Origin: Octopus vulgaris
Lineage: Eukaryota
Length of the DNA: 64,000 bases
Direction of reading: 5' to 3'
Assembly (NCBI GenBank): GCA_951406725.2
Contig: OX597825.1
Location: forward strand, 25,916,001-25,980,000
Part shown: positions 52,786 to 64,000 of the stretch, piece by piece
Numbering within the stretch: position 1 is the stretch's first letter
Layout of the letters: the number at the start of each line of letters is the position of its first letter
Notes under the pieces: generated by a model
The model's input: only the letters and a program-made list of their open reading frames with translations
Databases searched by the model: none
Told to the model about the DNA's origin: nothing
Position numbers and translations under genes: made by a program

Positions 52786-54907
52786 TTTTATCTAGCCCTC
52801 TCTCTCTCTCTCTCTCTCTCTCTGTATATATATATACCAGAGTAACCACATAAATGCGAGTCATAGTGGAGAAAATAATACTCGAATACCACAAGAGGGA
52901 TCTTATTCCATTCGAAATTTCTATACATATCTTGCAACATTTAGAAAGTTGGAAATTACTAATTTGCTCTGTTTTGCACATATGGCAACAATATTTTCTT
53001 TTCATTTCTTTTGTTTGTATTTTATCTGCGATGGTGATCTGAATGAATTTAAAAAATGAATAACATTCTTTAAATTGGTCTGACGTAAGTAATATACTAA
53101 TAATAAAGTAGCCTCAAATATTCGATGTAACTTGTATTCTAATTTTTCTAAGTCGATCCGGTCACATAACGGGTAAAAATTTATTTAGTGTACAGTTGAA
53201 ATTTCCAACACGTAGTAGTTGGTTTGTGCCTCTTATATTTGACATAAACAGTAAAATTGTACCAATATCTCACCAGCAAAGTGTAAGCCCACATTTTATC
53301 ACGTCTCAACGAATGAAAACTGGTCTAATGGCGTTGGAAAAACAAAATAAAAAATACAGTAATGATAATAATAATAAAAATCAATATTTAAATTTCTTTA
53401 GGAGAAGATAAACGACATTGATTTCCGGTGTTAGAAGGAAAAAAATAACAAACTAAAATAAGCTGAAAAACAAAAACGGTGATATAAATTGTATAAAGAT
53501 TGGCCGCCATTGATAACTACATTTTGACAGTTCGAAAGCTTTCAATTTGACAAGTGATTTTTTTTAAAAAATGAAATTCCGCTTCATAGTTTTTCGTTTA
53601 TTTCATTATTTCCCTCTTCAAAAATGCATTAAGTTGACATTTTTGATATCTGTTAATAAAATATTCTTTTGATTTGATCCGTACTTTCAAATCGGAATAA
53701 TAATCGCACAGAAGGAGGTGACCAATATTTCTATATTATTTTTTTTAAAAGAACTATTTATATTTATTTATATTAAGAATGATAGACAAAGAAAATGTTC
53801 TTTAGACTTGGAAGATAGAATAAAAACGAAATCCATCATGAAGAAGGCACTAAATGTTTGTCAATGTTTAATGTTCGGAGACTTTTCTGTGTTAAGTTGT
53901 TCCGTGAGGTGATTTCTTTTCTGGAAATTATAGTTTTTATATACTCGACTTTCAGTGATATATATGACTAACGTTTTACAAATCATAAAGCATTTTATGT
54001 TTACCTGCCTATTTTATTTGTGATATTATATGAATTCCTCCATTAATGTTTTATCATATTTTCCGATAAATCTGTTTAGCTTGAATTGAATAATAAAGAT
54101 TATTTTTCAAAGCAATAGACATCAGTAACCGTACATTCATCAATTTCTAAGCGATATCCCCTTTTCTATATTATTCGATATCTATTGGTCCTATTATTTA
54201 TTTCATTTATCTGTTTCCTAATAAATTTTGAAAGCGTGGCTTTGTTCTAGATGTAGTAAGCAGGGATTAAATAGACGTGTTGGTATGGACGGGGTTTCTA
54301 CTGAAGATAGCAAAATGTGTAATTTCTTTGGTAGCAACAGTTCGATGGTAAGCACATTTATCAAAAAGCTGTTTTTAAGAAGGCAGAGCCGTGTATTTTG
54401 GCAACGGAATCGCGGTCTTTTTCGTTACTGCTTTGTCTGCTACTGAAATATTTCTCTTACAGAACGAAAAGTATAGATCGACCGTCATTGCAAAAGCAAT
54501 TCTAAATAAAAATTCAAAAACGAATTCGGCTGACCGGTCTAAATCCAAATTTCGTTTACTAAATTTGAATGACATTTTACGTAGTAATGCAGTAAACAAT
54601 TCGAGTTGTTACAATATATAATCGATGAAATAGAATAGAGATGCCACCCCCTCTAACACATAAACAGGTATATAACATAAATGTAATGCGTGTGCGTGCG
54701 TGTATGAGTGTGTAAATGTGTTTTTGCGTGTGTATTAGATTTCATTTGCATATGCCAGTGTTATGTGAAATTTTATTGACTTAGGGACTTTTGGTTGAAT
54801 GAGGACGTCGTCATCGCAGAAACATGCACGAATGAACATAGATATACATGCCTCTCTCTCCCAAATATTTCTCCTCCTCTCACTCGTTATATACATGTTC
54901 ATGTTAG

Positions 54908-55150
54908 GGCAGCGAGCTGGCAGAAGCGTTAGAGCGCCGGGCGAAATGCGTAGCCGTATTTCGTCTGCATCTACGTTCTGAGTTCAAATCCCGCCGAGGT
55001 CGACTTTGTCTTTTATCCTTTCGAGGTCGATTAAATAAGTACCAGTTAATCGTTTGTCTATCCTGTTTCTCTCCTCTATGTTTAGCCCCTTGTGGGTAAT
55101 AAAGAAACAGGTGTTTCGTCGTCTGCCGTTACGTTATGAGTTCAAATTTG
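54908..55150 (+). mobile_element. SINE family B with the start of a second unit
   Basis: ggcagcgagctggcagaa head through gtaataaagaaac, then gtctgccgttacgttatgagttcaaatt. Confidence 0.85.
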
Positions 55151-55254
55151 TTAAAGTCTTTTTAACATCAGAATACATCTTAAAGAGCAATGCACAAGAA
55201 AGAATGAAACGTGAGAGCAAACATCGAGATGCGTGATAGTATTTAGTTACATAA

Positions 55255-55855
55255 GGCGGCGAGCTGGCATAAACGTTAGCACGCCGGGCGAAATGCTTAA
55301 CGGTATTTCGTCTGCCGTTACGTTGTGAGTTCAAATTCCGCCGAGGTCGACTTTGCCTTTCATCCTTTCGGGGTCGATAAATTAAGTACCAGTTACGAAC
55401 TGGGGTCGATGTAATCGACTTAATACCTATGTCTGTCCTTGTTTGTTCCCTCTGTGTTTAGCCCCTTGTGGGTAATAAAGAAATAGGTATTTCGTCTGCC
55501 GTTTACGTTGTGAGTTCAAATTCCGCCGAGGTCGACTTTGCCTTTCATCCTTTCGGGGTCGATAAATTAAGTACCAGTTACGAACTGGGGTCGATGTAAT
55601 CGACTTAATACCTATGTCTATCCTTGTTTGTTCCCTCTGTGTTTAGCCCCTTGTGGGTAATAAAGAAATAGGTATTTCGTCTGCCGTTACGTTGTGAGTT
55701 CAAATTCCGCCGAGGTCGACTTTGCCTTTCATCCTTTCGGGGTCGATAAATTAAGTACCAGTTACGCACTGGGGTCGATGTAATCGACTTAATACCTATG
55801 TCTGTCCTTGTTTGTCCCCTCTGTGTTTAGCCCCTTGTGGGTAATAAAGAAATAG
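55255..55855 (+). mobile_element. SINE family B trimer (one head, three ~185-bp bodies) with 14-bp TSD
   Basis: TSD gtatttagttacat at 55239-55252 and 55856-55869; near-identical units joined at ggtatttcgtctgcc. Confidence 0.95.
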
Positions 55856-55984
55856 GTATTTAGTTACATGCATCTATGTTATTAATTAAAAATCGCACTG
55901 GTGTTATTTTACATTCAGTCACTTTAGGATCAATAAAGCAATTACTAGTTATATTAGCAATTTTCGAGTCTATAAAGAAATTAT

Positions 55985-56295
55985 GTGGAGGCGCAATGGC
56001 CCAGTGGTTAGGGCAGCGGACTCGCGGTTGTAGGATTGCGGTTTTGATTCCCAGACCGGGCGTTGTGAGTGTTTATTGAGCGAAAACACCTAAATCTCCA
56101 CGAGGCTCCGGCAGGGGGTGGTGGCGACCCCTGCTGTACTTTTTCGCCGCAACTTTCTCTCACTCTTTCTTCTGTTGGCCTGCTCGCTTAGCCAGCGGGG
56201 TGGCGTCATTTAAAGGCTAAAACAATGCGAAGCGCATTGTGGCCAGCGATGTGTAGCAACATCTGATAGCCTGGTCGGTCACGGTGATCACGGTG
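55985..56295 (+). mobile_element. tRNA-derived SINE (OR-type, family D1) with 13-bp TSD
   Basis: tggcccagtggttagggc A box, B box, cacggtgat tandem tail; TSD ataaagaaattat at 55972-55984 and 56296-56308. Confidence 0.88.
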
Positions 56296-57059
56296 ATAAA
56301 GAAATTATATGATCCCTTCGAAACAAATTAGTGGCCATGTTATAAATTTTGCTTTGGTTGCATTCCCTCATCATTATGCTTTTTAATTAGAAAACATTCT
56401 TTCGTTGAGATACTGATATAACTTCTCACATAATGTTGATATCAGGATCTTGCACATCTTAGAATCGCATGTGATTGGTCCGTCGCTTTCCGAGGAATCG
56501 TCCTTATTATATTTTGGTAGGAGAATATTTATTCTTGCTCGGTCACGTTGGTATTATTTTACTTGACCATATTTTAGTTGAAGATATATTGGTTATTTAT
56601 CCAGCAATTACATTGTTTCTACTTTAGAGGAATTCCAATTACCCTTTCCTATGATGGTCTCCATTATATTTTCCACAGTGATGTCTTCCCATTATTCAGG
56701 TGATACACTCATGCAAACTTCCCTTTGTTCTATAGGTTATTTCAATTATTTTATGGAGATTTCCTTAATTCCTATTTTTTACTTCAAACTAATTCATAAT
56801 ATTCTTCAAGTACTTCCATGTTTTGTTTCTCATTTTCCATCTTCTTTACATCGTGCTGACATTTTAGAATCTAAATAGGGTCTGTTTAATGGTATCTAGT
56901 TCTTTACCTCATTGTGATGCCTGTGAAGTTGATGAATACACGTTGCAAAATAATCTATGAGACACTACAAATGCTGTCAGATATTAGTTAACCTAAACCT
57001 GTTATAACTGTTTCAATTAATCGCTCTCTTATATGTTTAATACATCCCCTACATGTTTT

Positions 57060-57720
57060 ACTACACCTCCTTGTTCATATTGTATACTATTTTGATGTTT
57101 TTGTTTTCTAGGGGCATAAGTGTCATCCTGAAATTCATTCATATATATATTGACATTTACTCACTGTTCCCAGGCTTCCAACAATTATTGGTACTACTAC
57201 CACCCTTTTCAGCGACCACAACTGTTTAACTTCCCAAGCTAACCTGTTATATCTTTCGACTTTTATTTCTACCTTATCGCATGCCTTGTTGTCAGCTGGG
57301 CATGTTATATATAACGGGAAACTTTATGAAAATAAACGTAAGACGAAGGCAGGTGGAATACAAACAAACAATTGTATTAGTATGGCGCTCAGGAATATAA
57401 ATAAAACAAGTCTTTTACGTTTCGAGCCTACGCTCTTCAACAGAAAGATACACAGAAAAGAAACACGGAGAGAAACAAGGAGAGAAAAAAATGCGTGCAG
57501 AGGCTAGCGAATCAACATGGCGATCTGGCGATGTTATATCTAAGCTCCAGCATCGTTTGCTTCTTTCTCAATTAACATTATGTCTGGTTTCCTATTCTCT
57601 ATCTCATGGTCGCACTGAATCATAAAATCTCATAGGATATTTGCATTATCACTTTCGAAGATGCCTTCGGGTTTATGTTCATACTACTTTTTTGGTTTGT
57701 CACATCCATACTTGTTGCAA
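57060..57720 (-). mobile_element. Decayed R4/Dong endonuclease region, interrupted by a 220-bp insert
   Basis: YEHKPEGIFESDNANIL*DFMIQCDHEIENRKPDIMLIEKE, then across the insert CWSLDITCPADNKACDKVEIKVERYNRLAWEVKQLWSLKRVVVVPIIVGSLGTV. Confidence 0.85.
57311..57530 (-). mobile_element. 220-bp non-autonomous Penelope/retrozyme-like element with 9-bp TSD and hammerhead-like motif
   Basis: TSD atgttatat at 57302-57310 and 57531-57539; minus strand TCTTT-CTGTTGA-A-GAGC-gtag-GCTC-GAAA-CG-TA-AAAGA at 57448-57411. Confidence 0.72.
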
Positions 57721-58137
57721 CATTCTGTTTCCTTTTCTTGCCGACACCTCTTCCTGGCACCTAGGGCACAGGAACACATTGTATACATTTCTAGGCATTA
57801 AAATATACACACCAGATTGTTTATTTACAAAGCCATGTGATAGTAACAGAAGGGGAAAGAAAGACAGAGAGAAAAAGAAACAAATATAAAAGTAAGCAAA
57901 GAAAATAAAGAGTAAAAAAGAAAAGAAAATTCACAGCGACAATGCTCTTCTCAATACATGTGACGTACCAGTTAGGACAATCTTTTGCACGTCCCGCATG
58001 GATGGTAATCCCGGGACCATTCTTAAATAATTTTCAGTTTCTTTTTTGATTATTACAAGTGCCCCTGAAATCAGTGGTATTGTAACCGTCTTGAGGTACC
58101 CTATTTGCTCCTACTACTATGTGGTATTATTAAATGA

Positions 58138-58551
58138 GACGGCGAGCTGGCAGAAACGTTAGCACACCGGTCGAAATGCTTAGCGGTATTTCGGCTGCAA
58201 TTACGTTGTGAGTTCAAATTCCGCCGAGGTCGACTTTGCCTTTCATCCTTTCGGGGTCGATAAATTAAGTACCAGTTACGCACTGGGGTCGATGTAATCG
58301 ACTTAATACCTATGTCTGTCCTTGTTTGTCCCCTCTGTGTTTAGCCCCTTGTGAGTAGTAAAGAAATAGGTATTTCGTCTGCGTTACGTCGTGAGTTCAA
58401 ATTCCGCCGAGGTCGACTTTGCCTTTCATCCTTTCGGGGTCGATAAATTAAGTACCAGTTACGCACTGGGGTTGATGTAATCGACTTAATACCTATGTCC
58501 GTCCTTGTTTGTCCCCTCTGTGTTTAGCCCCTTGTGGGTAATAAAGAAATA
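58138..58551 (+). mobile_element. SINE family B dimer with 14-bp TSD
   Basis: TSD ggtattattaaatg at 58123-58136 and 58552-58565. Confidence 0.93.
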
Positions 58552-58900
58552 GGTATTATTAAATGTTGTTTAGTTTCGACTTTTGTCTTGTGTTTGGACA
58601 GTATGTGAGGGTTGGAGGGTATAGTAGGAGAAAGAGAAGCCTTTGTGAATAGATCAAATTCCACAAGTCTGTAAATAGGTTCGGCAGATGGTGAGAAGGA
58701 GATCAACACTGGGGCTTCGCATCCCTGTGAGATCGAGATAAAAGAAGCGTCGCACCCTTCTGATTAGCAGTGATCAATTGTGTTTACTACTACCAGCGAT
58801 CGATGAGTGCAATGACCTTGGCCTTGGAAAGAACCAGTTCACCTTGTTTTGTTTTCAATTGCTGATAGAAAAAATAATATATATATATATATACATACAT

Positions 58901-58941
<41 letters not shown>

Positions 58942-59344
58942 CTGATGAATTTTTGAATTTCTGAATTTTTATTGGGGAGTCTGTTTTGAATTTTCCTTTT
59001 CTTTTCATAGGTTTTGCTGTGGTTTACAGTTTTCGTTGTTGTGAAGTGTGTATATATTGCCCAGATGCTTATCTCCTTAACATTTATCGTGTGTTTAATT
59101 TGTTGTTGCAATAAAACGTATGTTTACATTTTCGAGTAGTCACGGAGAAAGCAAGGGCAACATTTTCACAAAATTTTGTAAATATTAAAGTTCTGAATTC
59201 CTAAAGCTGATTGTCTGTATGCCCATCCAGAGAAAACTGTAGTGTTCTTTCAATAAGAAGGATGTTTACATTCTCGAATATTCAGGGAGAAATGAAAGGA
59301 AAGAAAAGAAGTCTAAAGTTTTCACATAAAATGGCATATATTAA

Positions 59345-59700
59345 AGTTCTTAAATTCTCCGCTTCCCCCATGGCTCCTTCTGTCCGTTTACTTTCCTCTC
59401 TTTCTTTCCAACCAGTTTACCATTTGAAATTGAAGCGGATCCAATCAAGTCCCTTGTTTCTGTTAGATCTTTGGTCAGAATGTGTTTCAGAATCTCGTCA
59501 ACATTTTGGGTCGCGCGTCTCACATTGTTACAGTCGAAGCTTCTTAGATTCATCGGCTTGGTCTTTGTTCTTGTAATTCTTATTTCCTCGTGACTTTTCC
59601 TAAGGGTTCTCTGTTCCTCAGTCATATAGTCTCTTATTTCAGGATTTTCTACGTTATATTGATTGGCCGGCCTTTTCTTCATTACAACTTCACCTTACCT
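59345..59700 (-). mobile_element. R4/Dong N-terminal ORF fragment
   Basis: VDEILKHILTKDLTETRDLIGSASISNGKLVGKKERKVNGQKEPWGKRRI resembles the pre-RT ETNxL..PWWKRR segment of R4/Dong proteins. Confidence 0.65.
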
Positions 59701-59778
59701 ACGCATTCGCTGATCTTTACCTACGTAATTCTCCTCGAGATTCTCCCCACTACGGAGGCTTACTACTACTACTACTAT

Positions 59779-59839
<61 letters not shown>

Positions 59840-60153
59840 GTGGAGGCGCAATGGCCCAATGGTTTGGGTAGCGGACACGCAGTCGGAGGATCGCGGTTAC
59901 GATTCTCAGACCGGGCGTTGTGTGTGTTTATTGAGCGAAAACACCTAAAGCTCCACGAGGCTCCGGCAGGGGTTGATGGCGACCCCTGTTATACTCTTTA
60001 CCCCAACTTTCCCTCAATCTTTCTTCTTGTTTCTTGGTTAAAGCTGCGATGGACTGGCGCCCCGTCCAGCTGGTCGGGGGACACATAAGCAACAGAAACC
60101 GGGAAACCGGGTCCATGAGCCTGGCTAGGCTTGAAAAGGGCGAGAGAAAAAGA
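59840..60153 (+). mobile_element. tRNA-derived SINE (family D2: same head as 55985, different tail) inserted in (TAC)n
   Basis: First ~185 bp align to 55985-56172; the tail has ctgcgatggactggcgccccgtccag; (TAC)n on both sides. Confidence 0.85.
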
Positions 60154-60206
60154 ACTACTACTACTACTACTAATACTACATCTACTACTACTACTACTAC
60201 TACTAC

Positions 60207-60243
<37 letters not shown>

Positions 60244-60271
60244 GCTGCTTCAGCTACTGCTGCTGCTGCTG

Positions 60272-60340
<69 letters not shown>

Positions 60341-60922
60341 ATTTTTACTATTAAGGCAATGAACTGGCTAGATCGTTAGAATGCCAGGGAAAGTGTTTAA
60401 GGACGTTTTAACGTTCTGAGTTCAAATTCTACCAGGGTCAACACTGCCTTTTATCTTTACTGGGTCGATAAAATATCCACCAGATGATCACTTGGTTATT
60501 CTGCAATCGCCTTACCGATCCTCTCGAAATTTCTGACCAAAATTTGAAACCATTATTATTGCTGACATACACAGGTATCTATATATGTACCAGTTGCAGT
60601 AGTAGATTCTTAAACTCTTCTCTATTTAACTTAGTTTCAACTTTAATATTCAGACTTACTGTGAAGTTAAATTAACTGCTCCATGCACTAAACACTAGAT
60701 GTGAAAGTAGATTTGAAATAACGAAGGATAAAGGAAAAATAAATTTGTAATTGAGACTTTAGTAACATACTAATACACAAACAGACTTACATAAGATATA
60801 TAGATATGTGTATACATACTTATCCGCATGCCTATATGCTTCAGTACATATATAGATACCTATACATGTATATACATATATACATACATACACACATGTT
60901 TATACGTGCATGTAAATATATT

Positions 60923-61011
<89 letters not shown>

Positions 61012-61595
61012 CATATGTATTTATATATTAGCATATATAAAATAATCCGCAATGCATCTACGTAAACACTTCATACGCCACTACATACAAAGCATACATA
61101 TACGCACCCCAGTACACACACGCGCATATTTACACATATATGCACACAAACATATGTGTGTATATTAGATACATTAAACTTTGTAGTAGTAAGGTCCTTT
61201 ACTCAAATACACCTGGCTTAATGCATGTTCAATATTCAGGAATTAAATTACTTTCTACATTTAGATGTAAAATCAAGAGGCATTATTCTCTTTGACAAAA
61301 TGTTATTTTGTTCTTTCGACTTTTGCAAAGAAGACACACAACAAAAATATTCACAGTGAGTCAGGAATTTTAATCAGTTTGTGCTGTTATTTTAAATGAC
61401 TTCACCGATGTTGAATATATTACACATTTTACTGTCTACAATTTTAAGTAAAAAAAAATTGTTACTACGATGGAGTCAACTACTTTTTAGCTTTCTCAAA
61501 CTTCTTGTTTCAATTCATCTCTCCACCCCACCCACGCACTTTCTCTTTTTCTTCGTGCACTCTCACTTCCCCAGTGCTCCCTTTCTGACCATCTA

Positions 61596-61677
<82 letters not shown>

Positions 61678-61803
61678 CATCCATCTATCTATCTATCTAT
61701 CTATCTATATATCTATCTATCTATATATCTATCTATATATCTATCTATTTATCTATCTATCTGTCTCTCTATCTACCTATACGTGCATCTATGCGCATTT
61801 GTG

Positions 61804-61861
<58 letters not shown>

Positions 61862-62311
61862 TACGTGTCTTTGTATGTATTTATGAGTGTGTGTTTGAGG
61901 GCATGTGTACACACTGGTAATATACAGATTACGGAGTCAAAAATATTGCAAGTGAAAATATCATTTTAAATAAATATACAAAATTTTGAAAGCAAAGATA
62001 ATCAAATTTAAAATATGAAATCTCTATGTAAATGCTTGAAGAAGCACAAAGTGTGATGAGGGAGCAGTAAAATTGTTTCAAACGGAGGACAACCCAATTC
62101 GGAGCAGACTATAGGAATAAGGCATTCAGTTTATCAGTAATGGTGTGACATAGTAAACTTTGTCGAAGACGCAGTTTCGGTACCAGCTATTAAAAGTCTT
62201 GAAGAACGCGGACGATATGACGAAAGGTTATTTTTCTAGGCTAAACTGATCATTTCTTCATTTTATGTGAAGTAATATAATAACTTCCACGATATGATAT
62301 TTACTCAATAT

Positions 62312-62933
62312 TTATTTCTTTATTGCCAACAGGGGGATAAACATAGAGGGGACAAACAAGGACAGACAAAAGGGCTAAGTCGATCACATCGATCCCAGTG
62401 CGCAACCGGTATTTATTTAATTGATCCCGAAAGGATGAAGGACACAGTTGACCTCAACGGAAATTGAACTCAGAACGTAGCGGCAGACTAAATATCGCTA
62501 GGTAGTTCGGCTAAGGATTCTAATTTCTTTATTGCCCACAAGGGGCTAAACATAGGGGGAACAAACAAAGACAGACAAAGGGAATAAGTCGATTACATCG
62601 CTCCCAGTGCGAAATTAGTACTTATTTTATCGACCCCAAAAGGATGAAGGACAAAGTTAACCTCGGCAGAATTTGAACACAGAATGTAACAGCAGACTAA
62701 ATACCCATTTCTTTACTACCCACAAGGGGCTAAACACAGAGGGGACAAACAAGGACAGACATATGTATTAAGTCGATTACATCGACCCCAGTGCATAACT
62801 GATACTTAATTTATCGACCCCGAAGGAACGAAAGGCAAAGTCGACCTTGACGGAATTTGAACTCAGAACGTAGCAGCAGACTAAATACCGCAAGGCAGTT
62901 CGCTCGGCTAACGATTCTTCCAGCTCACCGCCC
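62312..62933 (-). mobile_element. SINE family B trimer
   Basis: Three bodies; imperfect TSD atattta.tcaatatt. Confidence 0.88.
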
Positions 62934-63723
62934 TATATTTATTCAATATTGCTGTCGATACCCTCGAGTATGTTCATTATATTAGTGAATATAGAGAGCA
63001 CCTGTGCTAAGGATTGACTTGTAAATTGGCATACTTTATTTAATCCTTTATTCTCAGCTCTTTTCCCACTCTGTCCATTCTTTACTTGTCACAATTTCAT
63101 TCAACTGTTTAACATTTTCTTCGTCCTCTTTGAATGTAAGATATTTTGCGTACACAATAATCTTACACGAATGCCATTCACAACATTGTCCTTATGAAAC
63201 ACTATGAATGTTAATTTTCTCTGAGATCTTGTATGAGTTGGTGGCGACAGTAGATATTCTATTAATGTTTTATGGAGGAGATTCTCATAACCCTTTTCTT
63301 TGGTAAATAGAGCTTACTTTTTATTGCTTCTATCGAACTACTTTTACTCTCGTGAACGACAGCGAAGTTTATGAGGCGTATAGGATTAGTGTGTTTATCT
63401 CTTGATTTTGTCAAAGGCTATTCTTGTTCTTGGATTAGTTTTAGTTTCTAATTTTTGTTTTTAGCGGATGTAGACGTATCTATGACTTTTGTTGTGGTTG
63501 TTGGTTTTCTGATTGTGTCGTTTTAAGGTTGCGGTTATGTAATAATTCGAAGTGATTTCCCTCGCCCCGCCGATTCGTTTAGCTTTCAGTGACCTTCTTT
63601 ACATCTGATGTTCCTCTCCATGTGACAAAAACGTTTTGCAATGGACTCATTTAAGCCTCGTCACACATGTATGTCTTGGAATCGATAAACCCACAGACGA
63701 ATGGTAAGTGTGGGTCTCTGAGA

Positions 63724-63955
63724 AGGCGGCGAGCTGGCAGAAAGGTTAGCACACCAAGCGAAATGATTACCGGTATTTCATCTGCCGTCACGTTCTGAGT
63801 TCAAATTCCGCCGAGGTCGACTTTGCCTTTCATCCTTTCGGGGTCGATAAATTATGTACCAATTACGCACTGGTGTCTATGTAATCGACTTAATCCGTTT
63901 GTCTGTCCTTGTTGGTCCTCTCTGTGTTTAACCCCTTGTGGGTAGTAAAGAAATA
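63724..63955 (+). mobile_element. SINE family B monomer with 18-bp TSD
   Basis: TSD ggtaa(g/a)tgtgggtctctg at 63703-63720 and 63956-63973. Confidence 0.93.
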
Positions 63956-64000
63956 GGTAAATGTGGGTCTCTGTGCAAATTTTATATCTGTGCCTTTGAT

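Noticed and set aside
54228-54621. Three short overlapping ORFs in unique sequence
   Set aside because: No recognisable homology; lengths are compatible with chance.
55255-55855. CRISPR-like or satellite array
   Set aside because: Units are ~185-bp SINE bodies without unique spacers, in a eukaryotic context.

Overview
Eukaryotic, AT-rich, extremely microsatellite-dense DNA, most likely from an octopus (inferred from tRNA-derived SINE families resembling the octopus OK/OR SINEs and from the TA/TATC/TAA/CA repeat load). It looks intronic or intergenic. It holds many SINE copies from about five families, decayed Tc1/mariner transposons, R4/Dong, HERO-like and CR1/L2-like LINE fragments, several MITEs, and one plausible + strand coding exon (27197-28129). 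Almost every listed ORF is a microsatellite artefact. The most interesting signals are: (1) several minimal type I hammerhead-ribozyme motifs in short Penelope-like repeats, including a 220-bp element with a 9-bp TSD; (2) a ~585-bp near-identical duplication flanking a 5'-truncated Dong insertion; (3) a SINE copy with clustered A-to-G changes in ADAR-like context; (4) a SINE whose tandem arrays appear to arise by self-targeted insertion at AGAA or GGTA; and (5) a candidate LINE partner for that SINE's tail. All alignments were done by eye, so boundaries of degenerate copies are approximate.
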